A stretch of DNA of 64,000 nt from NCBI RefSeq assembly GCF_036365525.1, contig NC_090394.1, positions 41,313,367 to 41,377,366 on the forward strand, given 5' to 3'. The first letter of the stretch is position 1. Each line of letters starts with the position of its first letter. The position numbers and the translations under genes are program-made. Shown in pieces: positions 38,701 through 49,069 of this stretch. The DNA is from Heterodontus francisci. Lineage: Eukaryota. The notes under the pieces are model-generated. The model saw only the letters and a program-made list of their open reading frames with translations. It did no database searches and was not told the DNA's origin.

Positions 38701-41700
38701 AATGACAGCATGTGTTTATAAAGCACACCTTACAACATCTCAAAACATTTTGAAAGCTTTATATAAGTTATTTACTTGATGTGAAGTGACATAGCGAAGA
38801 ATAACAGGGTTTATTTTGCTTTTATGATGGTAGCACTCTCCCCAGCCAGGTGGCGGTAGATTCATCAGCTCATTATTTTGGCTGACACTCCAGTGCAGTC
38901 CTGATGGGGCACTGCACTGCTAGAGGGGCTGTGCATCAGATAAGTCATTAAACTGAGGGCCTTTCCATCTGTTTGCGTGAATGTTTTAGATCCCCACCAA
39001 CGTTTGAAGAGGGATCAATTAGTTTTAAATGGATGAAGCAGCAGATCTTTTAAAATTCTCATCCTTGTGTTTAAATTCAACTATGGTTACGTGTTTCCCT
39101 TTCTCTAGCCTCCACTGGCCCTACAACCCTCCAAGATCTCGGTGCTACTCCATTTCTGGCTAATTACACATCAGATTTTAATCCCTCCACCACTGGAGGT
39201 CACATCTTCAGCTGCCTGGCCCCTCAGCTCTGGAATTCTCTCCCTACTCCTTTAAGGTGCGTTGTAAAATGTACCCCTTTGACCAAGCTTTGTTACCTGC
39301 CCTCATGTCCCCTTAGACGGCTTGGTGTCACATTTTGTCTGATAATAGCTCCCATTAAGAGCCTTGGGGCATTTTCTGTTAAAGGTTCATACAAGTGCAA
39401 CTTATCGTCCTGGTGGATGTCAGCTGCAGAAGGGGACACAGTCCTTCCGGTCTGCACTGAATGGCTGCTATAGGGCACTTTTGCTCTTCATCTTTTGAAA
39501 GGTTGCAGTCAGAGCTTCTGCTATTTCTCTCACCAACTAGCTCCATATTTTAAAAACTCAGTATCTGGGCCGCACGCCATTTCCACTTTTGCTTTCCACC
39601 AATTTTCCAGCATTACCTCCTCATAGAACAATTATCCTATCAAATTGCTCCCATCCACCCCCTTTCCTTCAATTTCCACTACCACATTCTTTTGTGAAAA
39701 ACAAAGCAATGACCTCAGTTTCTCTCCTATTCCTTCATCCTCCAATCTGCCCTATCCATTAACTATTCTTTAACTTTTGTAAAATATTTTACTGTTCCCC
39801 CTTGTCCCCAGTTAGTCCATCATATCTGCTTGAACCCATTCTACTTTTTTACTACCTTTCTATATTCTCTGTTTCACTTGATTAGCCCCAGAATTATCAT
39901 AAGCCTCTAATTTCTCTAATCAAGTAACTAGTTTTTGTCACAACACCTACACGGCTTATGGAAATAGGTCTAGTTTATCCTCTCTGGTTTGAATGCTTCC
40001 CATTGTTTGTGCACTCTTATTTGCCAAGTTTTATCTGGCTACTTCACTTCTAATCTCATGGAAATTGACTTTGGTTTCTCAGTCCAGTACTACTAATTTT
40101 TCTTTCCACTCCTTTTCAAGTTTCCTATCAAATTTAATTATGTTATGGACATCGTTCTTTTATCTAGTCACCCTCCTTCATTTCCTGATACTAGAATACC
40201 CCCTTACCATTTGCCTTGTACCAGCATCCCTTTTGTCATTTAATCTCTCCTGCCTTCCATTCTATCATAGACCTTCGCTTTTGTTCTCTCCACCCCACAC
40301 CCCCACCCCCTTTCCCTGTAATTGCTGAAAACTTGTTACATTTCTAACTTTTTCCAGTTCTGATGAAAAGTTATCAACTTGAAACGTTAACTCTGTTTCA
40401 CAGTCCTTTGATGCTGTCTGAACTGAAATATTTCCAGCATTTGTATTTGTATCCCTTATCTTTTTGGGCTTAACACGTACTGATCTAAGCAGCAATTCTG
40501 GGCATATTGCAGAACCCTTGCCACTTATATTAATTGAACCCATCTAGCTTTGAATAATCATTCTATTCCTATTCTCCTTCTGCATCTTTTGCCCCTCCAC
40601 ACAAAGCACTGCCAGTGGGCAGTGAGACCACTTGACTCAGTCCTGTTCAGACAAACAGCAGCAATTCTGTACATACCACTTCTGTCCCAGGAAGCAAATC
40701 TCCCCCCACCACTTACACCATCTCATCAGTCATGCATCTCTTACCCCACTATTCTATATGAACCAGCACGGGGACATCCTAGGATGACTCCCCTGGAGAC
40801 CCTACCTTTCAGAACTAAATTGCAACAAGTCCCTTTGCTGGTCTCCAATTCTATTGCTATATCTATTCCAATGTAGACTACGACTTCAGGTTGTTCTTTC
40901 TTCTCCAAAATTATTTTGCCTTGGAAGGTATCAGCAGAAGATACCAAAACTGTTCTGTTAAATACAGAGAAGTAATTCTTTTAAAGAAACATTGACAACT
41001 GAAGACAAATCTCAAATTACAGACGTGGTGCTGGTGGGGGGGAAAAATTGGTGCGGTTGTCACAAGTCACTGCAGTCTGCTGGTATTTCCTAGTGGATTT
41101 TTTTCCTCCGTCTCCTGCCTCTGCATGATGTGGCAAGAGACAATGGCACATGTAGGCTACACCATCTCTTGACCAGTTGGTCTTTTTCATTAACTGGTAG
41201 GGCAAGCTGGTTGCACCCATGGATGCCCTGGTCATGGGTATCTGGTACTGAACACCCATCAATTCAAAACCTGCCTGCCTACTCTTTCTCCAATGGATAG
41301 TCACCCATTCTGCATCCTCATTCATCCAAGTGAGTTGACCACCTTCTGATGGATGTGCTCAAAGTATCCTGGTGAAAGTGACAATGTTGGCCTCTGCTTC
41401 TCAACTTCAAACCTTGAGCTTGACTACAAGCATCAACAGTTGATGCATGCATACACACATAAAGCAAGGGAATTACTATAAACAGTAAAGTCTCAGCTCC
41501 AGCTAGTTTGATTTCACCAATCTTGTAGTTGCATAATACAATACTGAAGGAGTCGTTCACTAATCATAGCAATCAATCTTGATGAATTAGTCAATGACAG
41601 ACCCAGCCATAATGGAATGAAAACTCCCAGTTCCTCAGCACCCAAGGTTTCCCAGTTTTGGGAATCACGGTTCAAAGTCATCAGCTCTTCCCAAGCAACC

Positions 41701-42526
41701 TACAATCACGACACATCATGTCACAAATTATTCACATGTTGCATCAAAAAACATTTTCTGAAAGAAATCAATCAAATTTGTATCTAATTCTTACTGCATC
41801 ATTTCTCTAAGGAGCTCGTTCAACAGATTTTAAATATCTTGAATATCCCACATGATGCAGGTACCACAATCACAGAATTTTAGCTGTTGCCACCTGCCAT
41901 CCCCCATAACAACTTAAAATTTATCAAAGATGCCACAAGCATAATTCTGGAATAAATCTTGCTTCCTCACACCACAGTCCAGACCACCAAGGCCCCCCTA
42001 CCCCACCAGAACCCTGGTCTCTTGCCACCCCCACCCCACCTTCCAGCACTGTGGTCCCCTGCCACCAACCCCCCCAAAAACCTCTGGAACCTGGGTATCT
42101 TCCCCAAACCCCCCTCTTCCCCTGCACCCAGGTCTCTTGCCCAACACCTCCCCCCCCCCCCCCCCCACTTTGCACCCAGGTCTCTTGCCCACTCCCCCCC
42201 CTGCTCAGTTACACCTGGGCCTCGTCAACACCCCCCTCCATTACACCCAGGTCACTTGACCACTCTCCCCTCCCTTGCCCAACCTCACCCGCCTTGCCCC
42301 CGGCTCTCCTGCCCGCCTGTACTAGGGTCTCTTGCTAATCTCTTGACCTCATTGGGCCTCGGGTCCCTGTTCAGCGCCTGTCCCATGACGAGAGGTCCCC
42401 TGCAGTGTGGCTGTCGGTCTGTTGCACGGACTGGACAACTAGGAGAGCAGTGTCCCACTGTTACTGTGCCGCAGCCCCGAGTTCCCCGCTCGGCCACAAA
42501 CACTACCTACCATCCCGAGCCGCCAT
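17679..42526 (-). CDS. UBFD1: Ubiquitin family domain-containing protein 1, complete 7-exon CDS, 292 aa
   Basis: Exons 42511-42526, 35928-36215, 33232-33440, 26576-26641, 25649-25754, 25166-25248, 17679-17789 sum to 879 nt; all introns GT-AG with matching phases. Peptides such as VDLKIIWNK, AMQKVMYKGL, KVRLTFKLEQDQLWIGTK and YYWVYWVPTQYVDAIKDTVLGKWQYF match vertebrate UBFD1 as I recall it. Confidence 0.97.
18015..23865. mobile_element. Three-level CR1 nest in UBFD1 intron 6: minus CR1 (18015-18512 + 23564-23865) > plus CR1 (18513-20075 + 23104-23563) > plus CR1 (20076-23103)
   Basis: Flanks rejoin into continuous CR1 sequence; TSD aacta at 20071-20075 and 23104-23108. Confidence 0.85.
20076..23103 (+). 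mobile_element. CR1 with 5'UTR and ORF1 remnant (Cys-rich finger + SGNH esterase) and an internal deletion of the endonuclease
   Basis: MVGQVMCHSCSMWE; DPVVVDHVNTNDIG; KVIISGLL; then a jump to RKVKLEYERKLARNIK; RT AKFADDTKIG. Confidence 0.85.
25166..25248 (-). CDS. UBFD1: UBFD1 exon 6
   Basis: aatag|AGAGAA...ATGATG|gtgagt; ERTEKIPMGSIKNVITEPIEGHEDYHMM. Confidence 0.95.
25649..25754 (-). CDS. UBFD1: UBFD1 exon 5
   Basis: ctgcag|GAACGT...CCAAGG|gtgagt; ERLPSVPLSGMYNKSSGKVRLTFKLEQDQLWIGTK. Confidence 0.96.
26576..26641 (-). CDS. UBFD1: UBFD1 exon 4
   Basis: ttctag|CAACAC...GTTAAG|gtaagt; QHRKVLDKGKPEDIMPSIKGVK. Confidence 0.95.
27895..28380 (+). mobile_element. CR1 RT 3' fragment
   Basis: QMKFNVDMHEVIHFGRKNKERQY. 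Confidence 0.75.
28381..32536 (-). mobile_element. Decayed non-LTR retrotransposon (CR1/L2/Jockey group, distinct family) with tRNA-like 5' head, no ORF1, APE + RT and 3' tail
   Basis: Head 32220-32536; APE ...GELSHRLVKQ*PDVVMLT / VPDTAITIPRYVMSHWQDRPSRSG / VGDFNVHH; RT ALDIKAAFD and QQDLDNIQAWADKWQVTF; tail gggcaattggggatgggcgataaatgctg. Confidence 0.85.
31025..32005 (+). mobile_element. Probable solo LTR inserted in the LINE endonuclease region
   Basis: TGT...TGTAACA termini; AATAAA ~31805; LINE reading frame resumes at 32006; no clean TSD. Confidence 0.5.
33232..33440 (-). CDS. UBFD1: UBFD1 exon 3 (ubiquitin-like domain)
   Basis: gtcag|GTCTC...CAAAAG|gtaagc; LTPAMQKVMYKGLLQEDKTLREIKVTNGAKIMVIGSTINDVLAVNTPK...LCRQK. 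Confidence 0.96.
34561..35562 (+). mobile_element. Young 5'-truncated CR1 with an inverted ~95-bp segment at its 5' end
   Basis: SKFADDTKVG to the 3' tail nearly open (ORFs 34744-35489); TSD ~cagag; inserted into an older CR1 tail. Confidence 0.88.
35928..36215 (-). CDS. UBFD1: UBFD1 exon 2
   Basis: ttgcag|GGGCAGAC...CTCACAG|gtgtgt; encodes ...SVSNGGESDAEKEMVDLKIIWNKNKYDLRVALDSTGASLKEKIHSLTG. Confidence 0.95.
39050..39400 (+). mobile_element. L2-like LINE 3' fragment (similar pieces at 46230-46530 and 59960-60390, minus)
   Basis: ctctggaattctctccct...tttgaccaagcttt type 3' end. Confidence 0.55.
40195..40452 (+). mobile_element. Penelope-like element terminal-repeat remnant
   Basis: Reverse-complement homolog of 43360-43650 and 49570-49870; the latter adjoins a FPCKCRKCNICPF (PLE zinc-linker-like) fragment. 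Confidence 0.65.
40356..40392 (+). ncRNA. Minimal type I hammerhead ribozyme motif
   Basis: AGTT-CTGATGA-A-AAGTT(ATC)AACTT-GAAAC-GTT-AACT: stem I, core, stem II and palindromic stem III. Confidence 0.6.
41980..42335. repeat. Degenerate C-rich minisatellite (cccaggtctcttgccc... unit, ~8 copies) in UBFD1 intron 1
   Basis: Recurrent (c)caggtctcttgccc separated by poly-C runs. Confidence 0.8.
42511..42526 (-). CDS. UBFD1: UBFD1 exon 1 coding part (MAARDG)
   Basis: gcgATGGCGGCTCGGGATG|gtaggt in a CpG-rich region; phase 1 matches exon 2. Confidence 0.85.
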
Positions 42527-42529
42527 CGC

Positions 42530-42880
42530 TGTCCGTGAGATCCCAAAGCCCGCTGGGAAAGCGCTGACAACTTCCGCTTCCTAACCGCGTGGGCCGGTGT
42601 TAAAATATGATTGGCAGCAACTGGGGGCGGGAATAGATGATTGATGGTTACTAGGGGCGGGGCTTTGTTTAGGAACGCCCCGTGGCATCTGTGCAGATCG
42701 CCTTATGTGGGCGTGGTCATTGATTGCCATGATGATGGCCATGGTAGTTCTCGCACAGCTGATTGGTGGTTTACTGCAGCTGGAGGGCGCGGCTGTTGTG
42801 ATTGACTGGGCTAGCACTAAATGATTGGCAGCTGATTCGTCCCCTTAGCAACTGGTGGACGTGGTTAATGGCGCAGCACA
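42530..42880 (-). promoter_or_regulatory. UBFD1 CpG-island promoter
   Basis: Tandem ETS sites (cttccgcttcc ~42571), GC boxes (gggggcggg ~42623, ggggcgggg ~42654), several CCAAT/TGATTGG motifs, CpG-rich. Confidence 0.8.
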
Positions 42881-43119
42881 GCTGATATAATATGAAGCAT
42901 GGGTGCGGTGGAACTGAGAATCCTGCTGGTGCAGATTTATTCCAATGGGCCAGATTTCAACTCATCCAAAACCCATCCACTTGAACAGAGTTAAAAATCG
43001 GTCCGAGTGTATCCTCTGAATTGCAGCCTCGCACCCTGCGTCAGTATTTGTCAGCTTCACATTCTGAATCTTTCACTCAAGCTACAGTAGCAGAGATGGT
43101 GTTGGGGTGTTTTTAATTT

Positions 43120-44070
43120 GTGTCAGCCTTGGATTAGTGATAGAACTCTCCCTTCTGTGTCAGAAAGTCCAGACTTGAGCACATAAACTCAGCCTGACAC
43201 TCCAGTGCAGTATTGTCAGAGGAGCCGTCTTTTGGATGAGACATTAAACCAAAACCTCATCTGCCCTTTTAAATGGACGTAAAAGTTCCCACGGCACTAG
43301 GCAAGTTCTCCCTGTTATCCTGGCCAATACTTTCCCTCAACCAACATCACAAATAGATTAAAAGCAAAATACTGCAGATGCAGGAAATCTGAAATAAAAA
43401 CAAAAATTGCTGGAAATACTCAGCAGGTTTGGCAGCATCTGTGGAGAGAGAAGCAGAGTTAACGTTTCAAGTAAGTGAGCTTTCATCAGAACTGGCAAAG
43501 GTTAGAAATGTAATAGGTTTTAAGCAAATAAAGCGGGGATGGGGCAAAAGAGAACAAATGGGAAGGTGTTGAAAGGACAGAGGGTCACAGAGAATAATTG
43601 ACAAGGGGGTCATGGGGCAAAGGCAAAGAGTGTGTTAATAGTGTTGTGATAGATTATTTAGTCATTATCTCATTGTTGTTTATGGGATCTGGCTGTGCAC
43701 AAATTAGCTGCTGCACCAGAGGTGATATGAGGAAACAAATTATGCAGAGAGTTGTTATGATCTGGAATGCACTACTTGAAAGGATGGTGGAAGCAGAATC
43801 AATCACAACTTTCAAAAGGGAATTGGATAAATACTTGAAGGGAAACCATTTACAGGGCTTTGGGGAAAGAGCAGGGTAGTAGGACTAATTGGTTAGCCTT
43901 TTCAAAGAGCCAGCAAAGGCACAATAGACTGAATGGCCTCCATCTGTCCTGTATCATTCTATGATCCTGTGATTAGTACATTGACTACACTTGAAAATAC
44001 TTTGGTTATAAAGTGCTTCGGGATGTCCTGAGATTGTGAAAGGTGACGTATAAATGCAAGTCCTTCTTTA
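43120..44070 (+). mobile_element. Deu SINE split by a Penelope-like remnant (43360-43650) and a CR1 tail (43715-43965)
   Basis: ctgacactccagtgcagta...cctggccaatactttccctcaaccaacatcac, resuming at agattatttagtcattatctc. Confidence 0.7.
43457..43493 (-). ncRNA. Second hammerhead motif (stem II weakened)
   Basis: Minus strand AGTT-CTGATGA-AAGCTCACTTACTT-GAAAC-GTT-AACT. Confidence 0.5.
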
Positions 44071-44592
44071 ATTTTAATTGAATCAGCAGTTGTTCCCATT
44101 CCATTAAGGATTATTACCCATTTCCTACTTTACTCTGGAAATCATGTGAGCTGAGTTCTATTTCCTGTACATACAGAATAAACTTTGCAGACAGTTAGCT
44201 CCACACTGGTACAGAACTCATGATCCAGCACATGTAGATGCATAATCACCATCCCAGACACTGAGAATTCCAACAAAGAGAGTATCTATGCACAGCAAAA
44301 AGAAACAGAAACCTAACATATACTTTTTTAAAATCAGTTATCGGTCCCAGGAACTGAGAACTGAAGCAGAGCCCTGGTAGGAAGCCTATGCCTTGTGAAA
44401 ATCAATAGTTGCGCTAAATAATATGTCAAACAGTCAGAATATTAAACATCCTTTACTTCAAATAATGTATCCCAAACAGTCAATATTAAACATTCCTTCA
44501 CTCCTACTGGAGAGAATATAAGCATAGGTATATGAAAGTCCAAGGGGATTCTAAATACTGAAGGCACAAAATTACTGCGGTACTGTTAGGAA

Positions 44593-45712
44593 CTCGCACC
44601 CACACTTTTTGGGATTTTCTTCTCCCTGCTGCTTTCACATGCGTTCAAGTCTTCTGAAGAAGGAATTTTCCTCCACACAAGATCAGGGGGCAGGTTATTC
44701 AACCTTGCCCGTCTAAGAGCGAAGTCCAAAGTACGGAAAGTCCTCATCAGGGAACTCCTCTTTGCTGACGATGCTGCTTTAACATCTCACACTGAAGAGT
44801 GCCTGCAGAGTCTCATCGACAGGTTTGCGGCTGCCTGCAATGAATTTGGCCTAACCATCAGCCTCAAGAAAACGAACATCATGGGGTAGGACGTCTGAAA
44901 TGCTCCATCCATCAATATTGGCGACCACGCTCTGGAGGTGGTTCAAGAGTTCACCTACCTAGGCTCAACTATCACCAGTAACCTGTCTCTAGATGCAGAA
45001 ATCAACAAGCGCATGGGAAAGGCTTCCACTGCTATGTCCAGACTGGCCAAGAGAGTGTGGGAAGATGGCGCACTGACACGGAGCACAAAAGTCCGAGTGT
45101 TTCAAGCCTGTGTCCTCAGTACCTTGCTCTATGGCAGCGAGGCCTGGACAACGTATGTCAGCCAAGAGCGACGTCTCAATTCATTCCATCTTCGCTGCCT
45201 CCGGAGAATACTTGGCATCAGGTGGCAGGACCGTATCTCCAACACAGAAGTCCTCGAGGCGGCCAACATCCCCAGCTTATACACACTACTGAGTCAGCGG
45301 CACTTGAGGTGGCTTTGCCATGTGAGCCGCATGGAAGATGGCAGGATCCCCAAGGACACATTGTACAGCGAGCTCGCCACTGGTATCAGACCCACCGGCC
45401 GTCCATGTCTCCGCTTTAAAGACGTCTGCAAACGCAACATGAAGTCCTGTGACATTGATCACAAGTCGAGGGAGTCAGTTGCCAGCGTTCGCCAGAGCTG
45501 GCGGGCAGCCATAAAAGTGGGGCTAAAGTGTGGCGAGTCGCAGAGACTTAGCAGTTGGCAGGAAAAAAGACAAACAAATTTTTCTGCAGCACCTGTGGAA
45601 GAGCCTGTCACTCTAGAATTGGCCTTTATAGCCACTCCAGGCTCTGCTCCACATACCACTGACCACCTCCAGGTGCTTACCCATTGTCTCTCGAGATAAG
45701 GAGGCCAAAGAA
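44593..45712 (+). mobile_element. RTE-clade LINE, 5'-truncated
   Basis: ELLFADDAAL, FTYLGSTI, STLLYGSEAWT, RRLNSFHLRCLRRILGIRWQD; ORF 44938-45699. Confidence 0.92.
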
Positions 45713-45714
45713 AG

Positions 45715-46155
45715 TTAAGAACTAAAAGAGTTCAATTATGAGGACAGGTTGCAGAGACTAGGCTTGTATAGAAGATAAACAGGTGATCTAATCAAGGTGT
45801 TTCAGATGATTAAAGGATTTGATATGGTTGATAAAGAGAAGCTATTTTCTGTGGTGGGAGTTCAGAACAAGGAGACATAACCTTAAATTTAGAGCTATGC
45901 CATTCAGGGGTGATGTCAGGAAGCACTTCACACAAAAGGTTGTGGAAATCTGGAAATCTCATTCCCAAAAACCTGTTGAGGCTGGGGGTCAATTGAAATT
46001 TCAGAATTGAGATTGATCGATTTTTGTTAGGCTAGGGTATTAAGAATTATGGAACCAAGGCAGGTGAGTATTAAGATACAGATCAGCCATGATCTAATTG
46101 AACGGAGGAACAGAGTCGAGGGGCTAAATGGCTGCCTCCCGTTCATATGTTCCTA
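45715..46155 (+). mobile_element. CR1 3' fragment
   Basis: RTRRHNLKFRAMPFRGDVRKHFTQKVV plus tail. Confidence 0.75.
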
Positions 46156-46582
46156 TACATTTCTAAGGGAGTGCCTGGAAAATGTTAAATTGTTTTTAAA
46201 AATTACATGTTAGTTAATTTTAATAACTGGTGCTTTAAAAGTAGCAGCAAATGACCCACGGCACTTCATAGAGAGGTAAGGCAAAAAAGGATGGTGAAAT
46301 AAAGAAGATGATATTCAAAAATAGGTGGGTTTTAACAGTGGTCTCAAGAGAGAGAGATGGAGGGGTTTATGGTGGGAGTTTGAGTCTAGACAGCTGAAGG
46401 CAGTTACCAATGGTAGGGTTAAAGAGGATGATACAAAGGAGGCCGGGGTCAGAGGAATGGAGAACTGTGGAGTGGGATGTAGGGCTGGAGAGGTAATGGA
46501 AATAGGGAGGAGTAAGGCCATTTTACCTGCTCTTTGTCAGTCTCTCCACATGTCACTGGCCTCTGCCACCCTGCTTTCTTTC

Positions 46583-47307
46583 TTTTTTTTATTCGTTCAT
46601 GTCTAGGCCAGCATTTATTGCCCATCCCTAATTGCCCTTGAACTAAGGGTTCAGTGGTTAGCACCGCAGCCTCACAGCTCCAGCAACCCGGGTTCAATTC
46701 TGGGTACTGCCTGTGTGGAGTTTGCAAGTTCTCCCTGTGTCTGCGTGGGTTTCCTCCGGGTGCTCCGGTTTCCTCCCACATGCCAAAGACTTGCAGGTTG
46801 ATAGGTAAATTGGCCATTAGCAATTGCCCCTAGTATAGGTAGGTGGTAGGGAAAATATAGGGACAGGTGGGGATGTGGTAGGAATATGGAATTAGTGTAG
46901 GATTAGTATAAATGGGTGGTTGATGGTCGGCACAGACTCGGTGGGTCGAAGGGCCTGTTTCAGTGCTGTATCTCTAAACTAAACTAAACTAAGTGCTTGC
47001 TAGGCCATTTCAGAGGGCATTTAAGAGTCAACCACATCGCCGTGGGTCTGGAGTCACATGTAGGCCAGACCAGGTGAGGACAGCAGATTTCCTTCCCTAA
47101 TGGACATTAGTGAACCAGATGGTCAATGATACAATTGACAAGGGTTTCATGGTCACCATTAGACTAGCTTTTTAATTCCAGATTTATTAATTGAATTCAA
47201 ATTTCACCATCTGCCATGGTGGGATTCGAACCCATGTCCCCAGAGTATTAGCCTGGGCCTCTGCATGGCTAGTCCAGTGACATTACCATCAAACCACCAC
47301 TTCCCCC
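46583..47307 (-). mobile_element. tRNA-headed SINE sharing both head and tail with the LINE at 28381-32536
   Basis: A box-like tggtttgatgg, B box gggttcgaatccc, shared ~300-bp body, joined directly to caagggcaattagggatgggcaataaatgctggcc. Confidence 0.85.
46648..46986 (+). mobile_element. HE1-like V-SINE inserted in the above SINE
   Basis: V-domain tgtgtggagtttgcaagttctccctgtgtctgcgtgggtttcctccgggtgctccggtttcctcccaca; (taaac)n tail; TSD aactaag at 46641-46647 and 46987-46993. Confidence 0.9.
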
Positions 47308-47317
47308 TTCCTTGCTT

Positions 47318-48592
47318 TTCTTTTGGCCTCCTTGTCTCAAGAGACAATGGGTAAGCATCTAGAGGTGGTCAGTGGTTTGTGGAGCATCGCCTGGAGTGGC
47401 TATAAAGACCAATTCTAGAGTGACAGACTCTTCCACAGGTGCTGCAGGTAAAGTTGGTTGTCGGGGCAGTTACACAGTTGGCTCTCTCCTTACACTGCTG
47501 TTTCTTTTCCTGCCAACTACTGAGTCTCTTCGACTCGCCTCTCTTCAGCCCTGCCTTTATAGCTGTCCGCCAGCTCTGGCGATCGCTGGCAACTGGCTCC
47601 TACGACTTGTGGTCAATGTTGCAAGACTTCATGTTGCGTTTGCAAAAGTCTTCAAAGCGGAGACATGGACAGCCGGTGGGTCGGATACCAGTGACAAGCT
47701 CGCTGTACAATACGTCTTTGGGGATCCCGCCATCTTCCATGCAGCTCACATAGCCAAGCTATCTCAAGCGCTGCTGGCTCAGTAGGGCTGGGGATGTTGG
47801 CTGCCTCGAGGACTTCTGCATCGGAGATACGGCCCTGCCACTTGATGCCAAGGATTCTCCGAAGGCAGTGAAGGTGGAATGCGTTGAGACGTCGCTCTTG
47901 GCTGACATACGTTGTCCAGGCTTTGCTGCCGTAGAGCAAAGTATTGAGGACACAGGCTTGAAATACTCGGACTTTTGTGTTCCGTGTCAGTGCGCCATTT
48001 TCCCACACCCTCTTGGCCAGTCTGGACATAGCAGCAGACGCCTTTCCCATGCGCTTGTTGATTTCTGCATCGAGAGACAGGTTGCTGGTGATGGTTGAGC
48101 CTCGGTAGGTGAATTCTTGAACTACTTCCAGAGTGTGGTCACTGATATTGATGGATGGAGCATTTCTGACATCCTGTCCCATAATGTTCGTTTTCTTGAA
48201 ACTGATGGTTATGCCAAATTCGTTGCAGAGAGCCGTAAGCTTGTCGATGAGTCTCTGCAGACACTCTTCTGTGTGAGATGTTAATGCAGCATCGTCAGCA
48301 AAGAGGAGTTCCCTGATGAGGACTTTCCGTACTTTGGTCTTCGCTCTAAGACGGGCAAGGCTGAACAACCTGCCATCTGATCTTGTGTGGAGGAAAATTC
48401 CTTCTTCTGAAGACTTAAACGCATGAGAGAGCAACAGTGAGAAGAAGATCCCAAACAGTGTGGGTGCGAGAACACAGCCCTGTTTCACATCACTCAGGAT
48501 GGGAAAGGAGTCTGATGAGGCACTGTTATGCTGAATTATGCTTTCATATTGTCATGGGATGAGGTGATGATGCTTAGTAGCTTTGGTGGACA
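47318..48592 (-). mobile_element. RTE-clade LINE, 5'-truncated, same family as 44593-45712
   Basis: KQGCVLAPTLFGIFF...RELLFADDAAL; ORF 47652-48488. Confidence 0.92.
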
Positions 48593-49069
48593 TTCCCCTG
48601 TTCATTATATATTTGACCATATTCATTTTCAGTCTCCCCCACTCACCATCTATCCACTACTCACTGTTCCTCTCCTGCTAACTGCCTGTGTCCCCTTAAC
48701 CTGCACTTGCCTGGATGAGTGCAGCTCTAATGAACACTCAAGCAGTTCGACACCATCGAGGACAAAGCTTGATCGGAAGGCTAAATGTGTCTGTCTGCTA
48801 GGGAGAAGAATTAACCAAGAATTAACTCCTGATGACTATCCTGTAACCCCACACCTGCTGAGAAATGCATATCGATATCAGGTGAGGAAACGAATAGGGA
48901 TAGGCTGTGATGACTCTCACAGTCGAATATTGTGCGATATACCTAGTCTCATTCATGGAGACATGGGTGAGGTGCTGGAGGGTGTCTGCTGCTCCTTCTC
49001 CAGTAAGGAGCCAGAGAGGCTGTGGGAAAGCAATCAGAAGAGAACAAAGTTTCTGCTGCCAGGGTGATT

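Noticed and set aside
41959-42567. 202-aa proline-rich ORF
   Set aside because: By-product of a C-rich minisatellite antisense to UBFD1 exon 1/intron 1.
46648-47307. tRNA genes suggested by A/B boxes
   Set aside because: These are SINE heads continuing into SINE bodies and LINE-like tails, without complete cloverleaves.
48528-49067. 179-aa ORF upstream of the MFSD11-like promoter
   Set aside because: Spans the antisense RTE end and degraded repeat fragments; no domain recognised.
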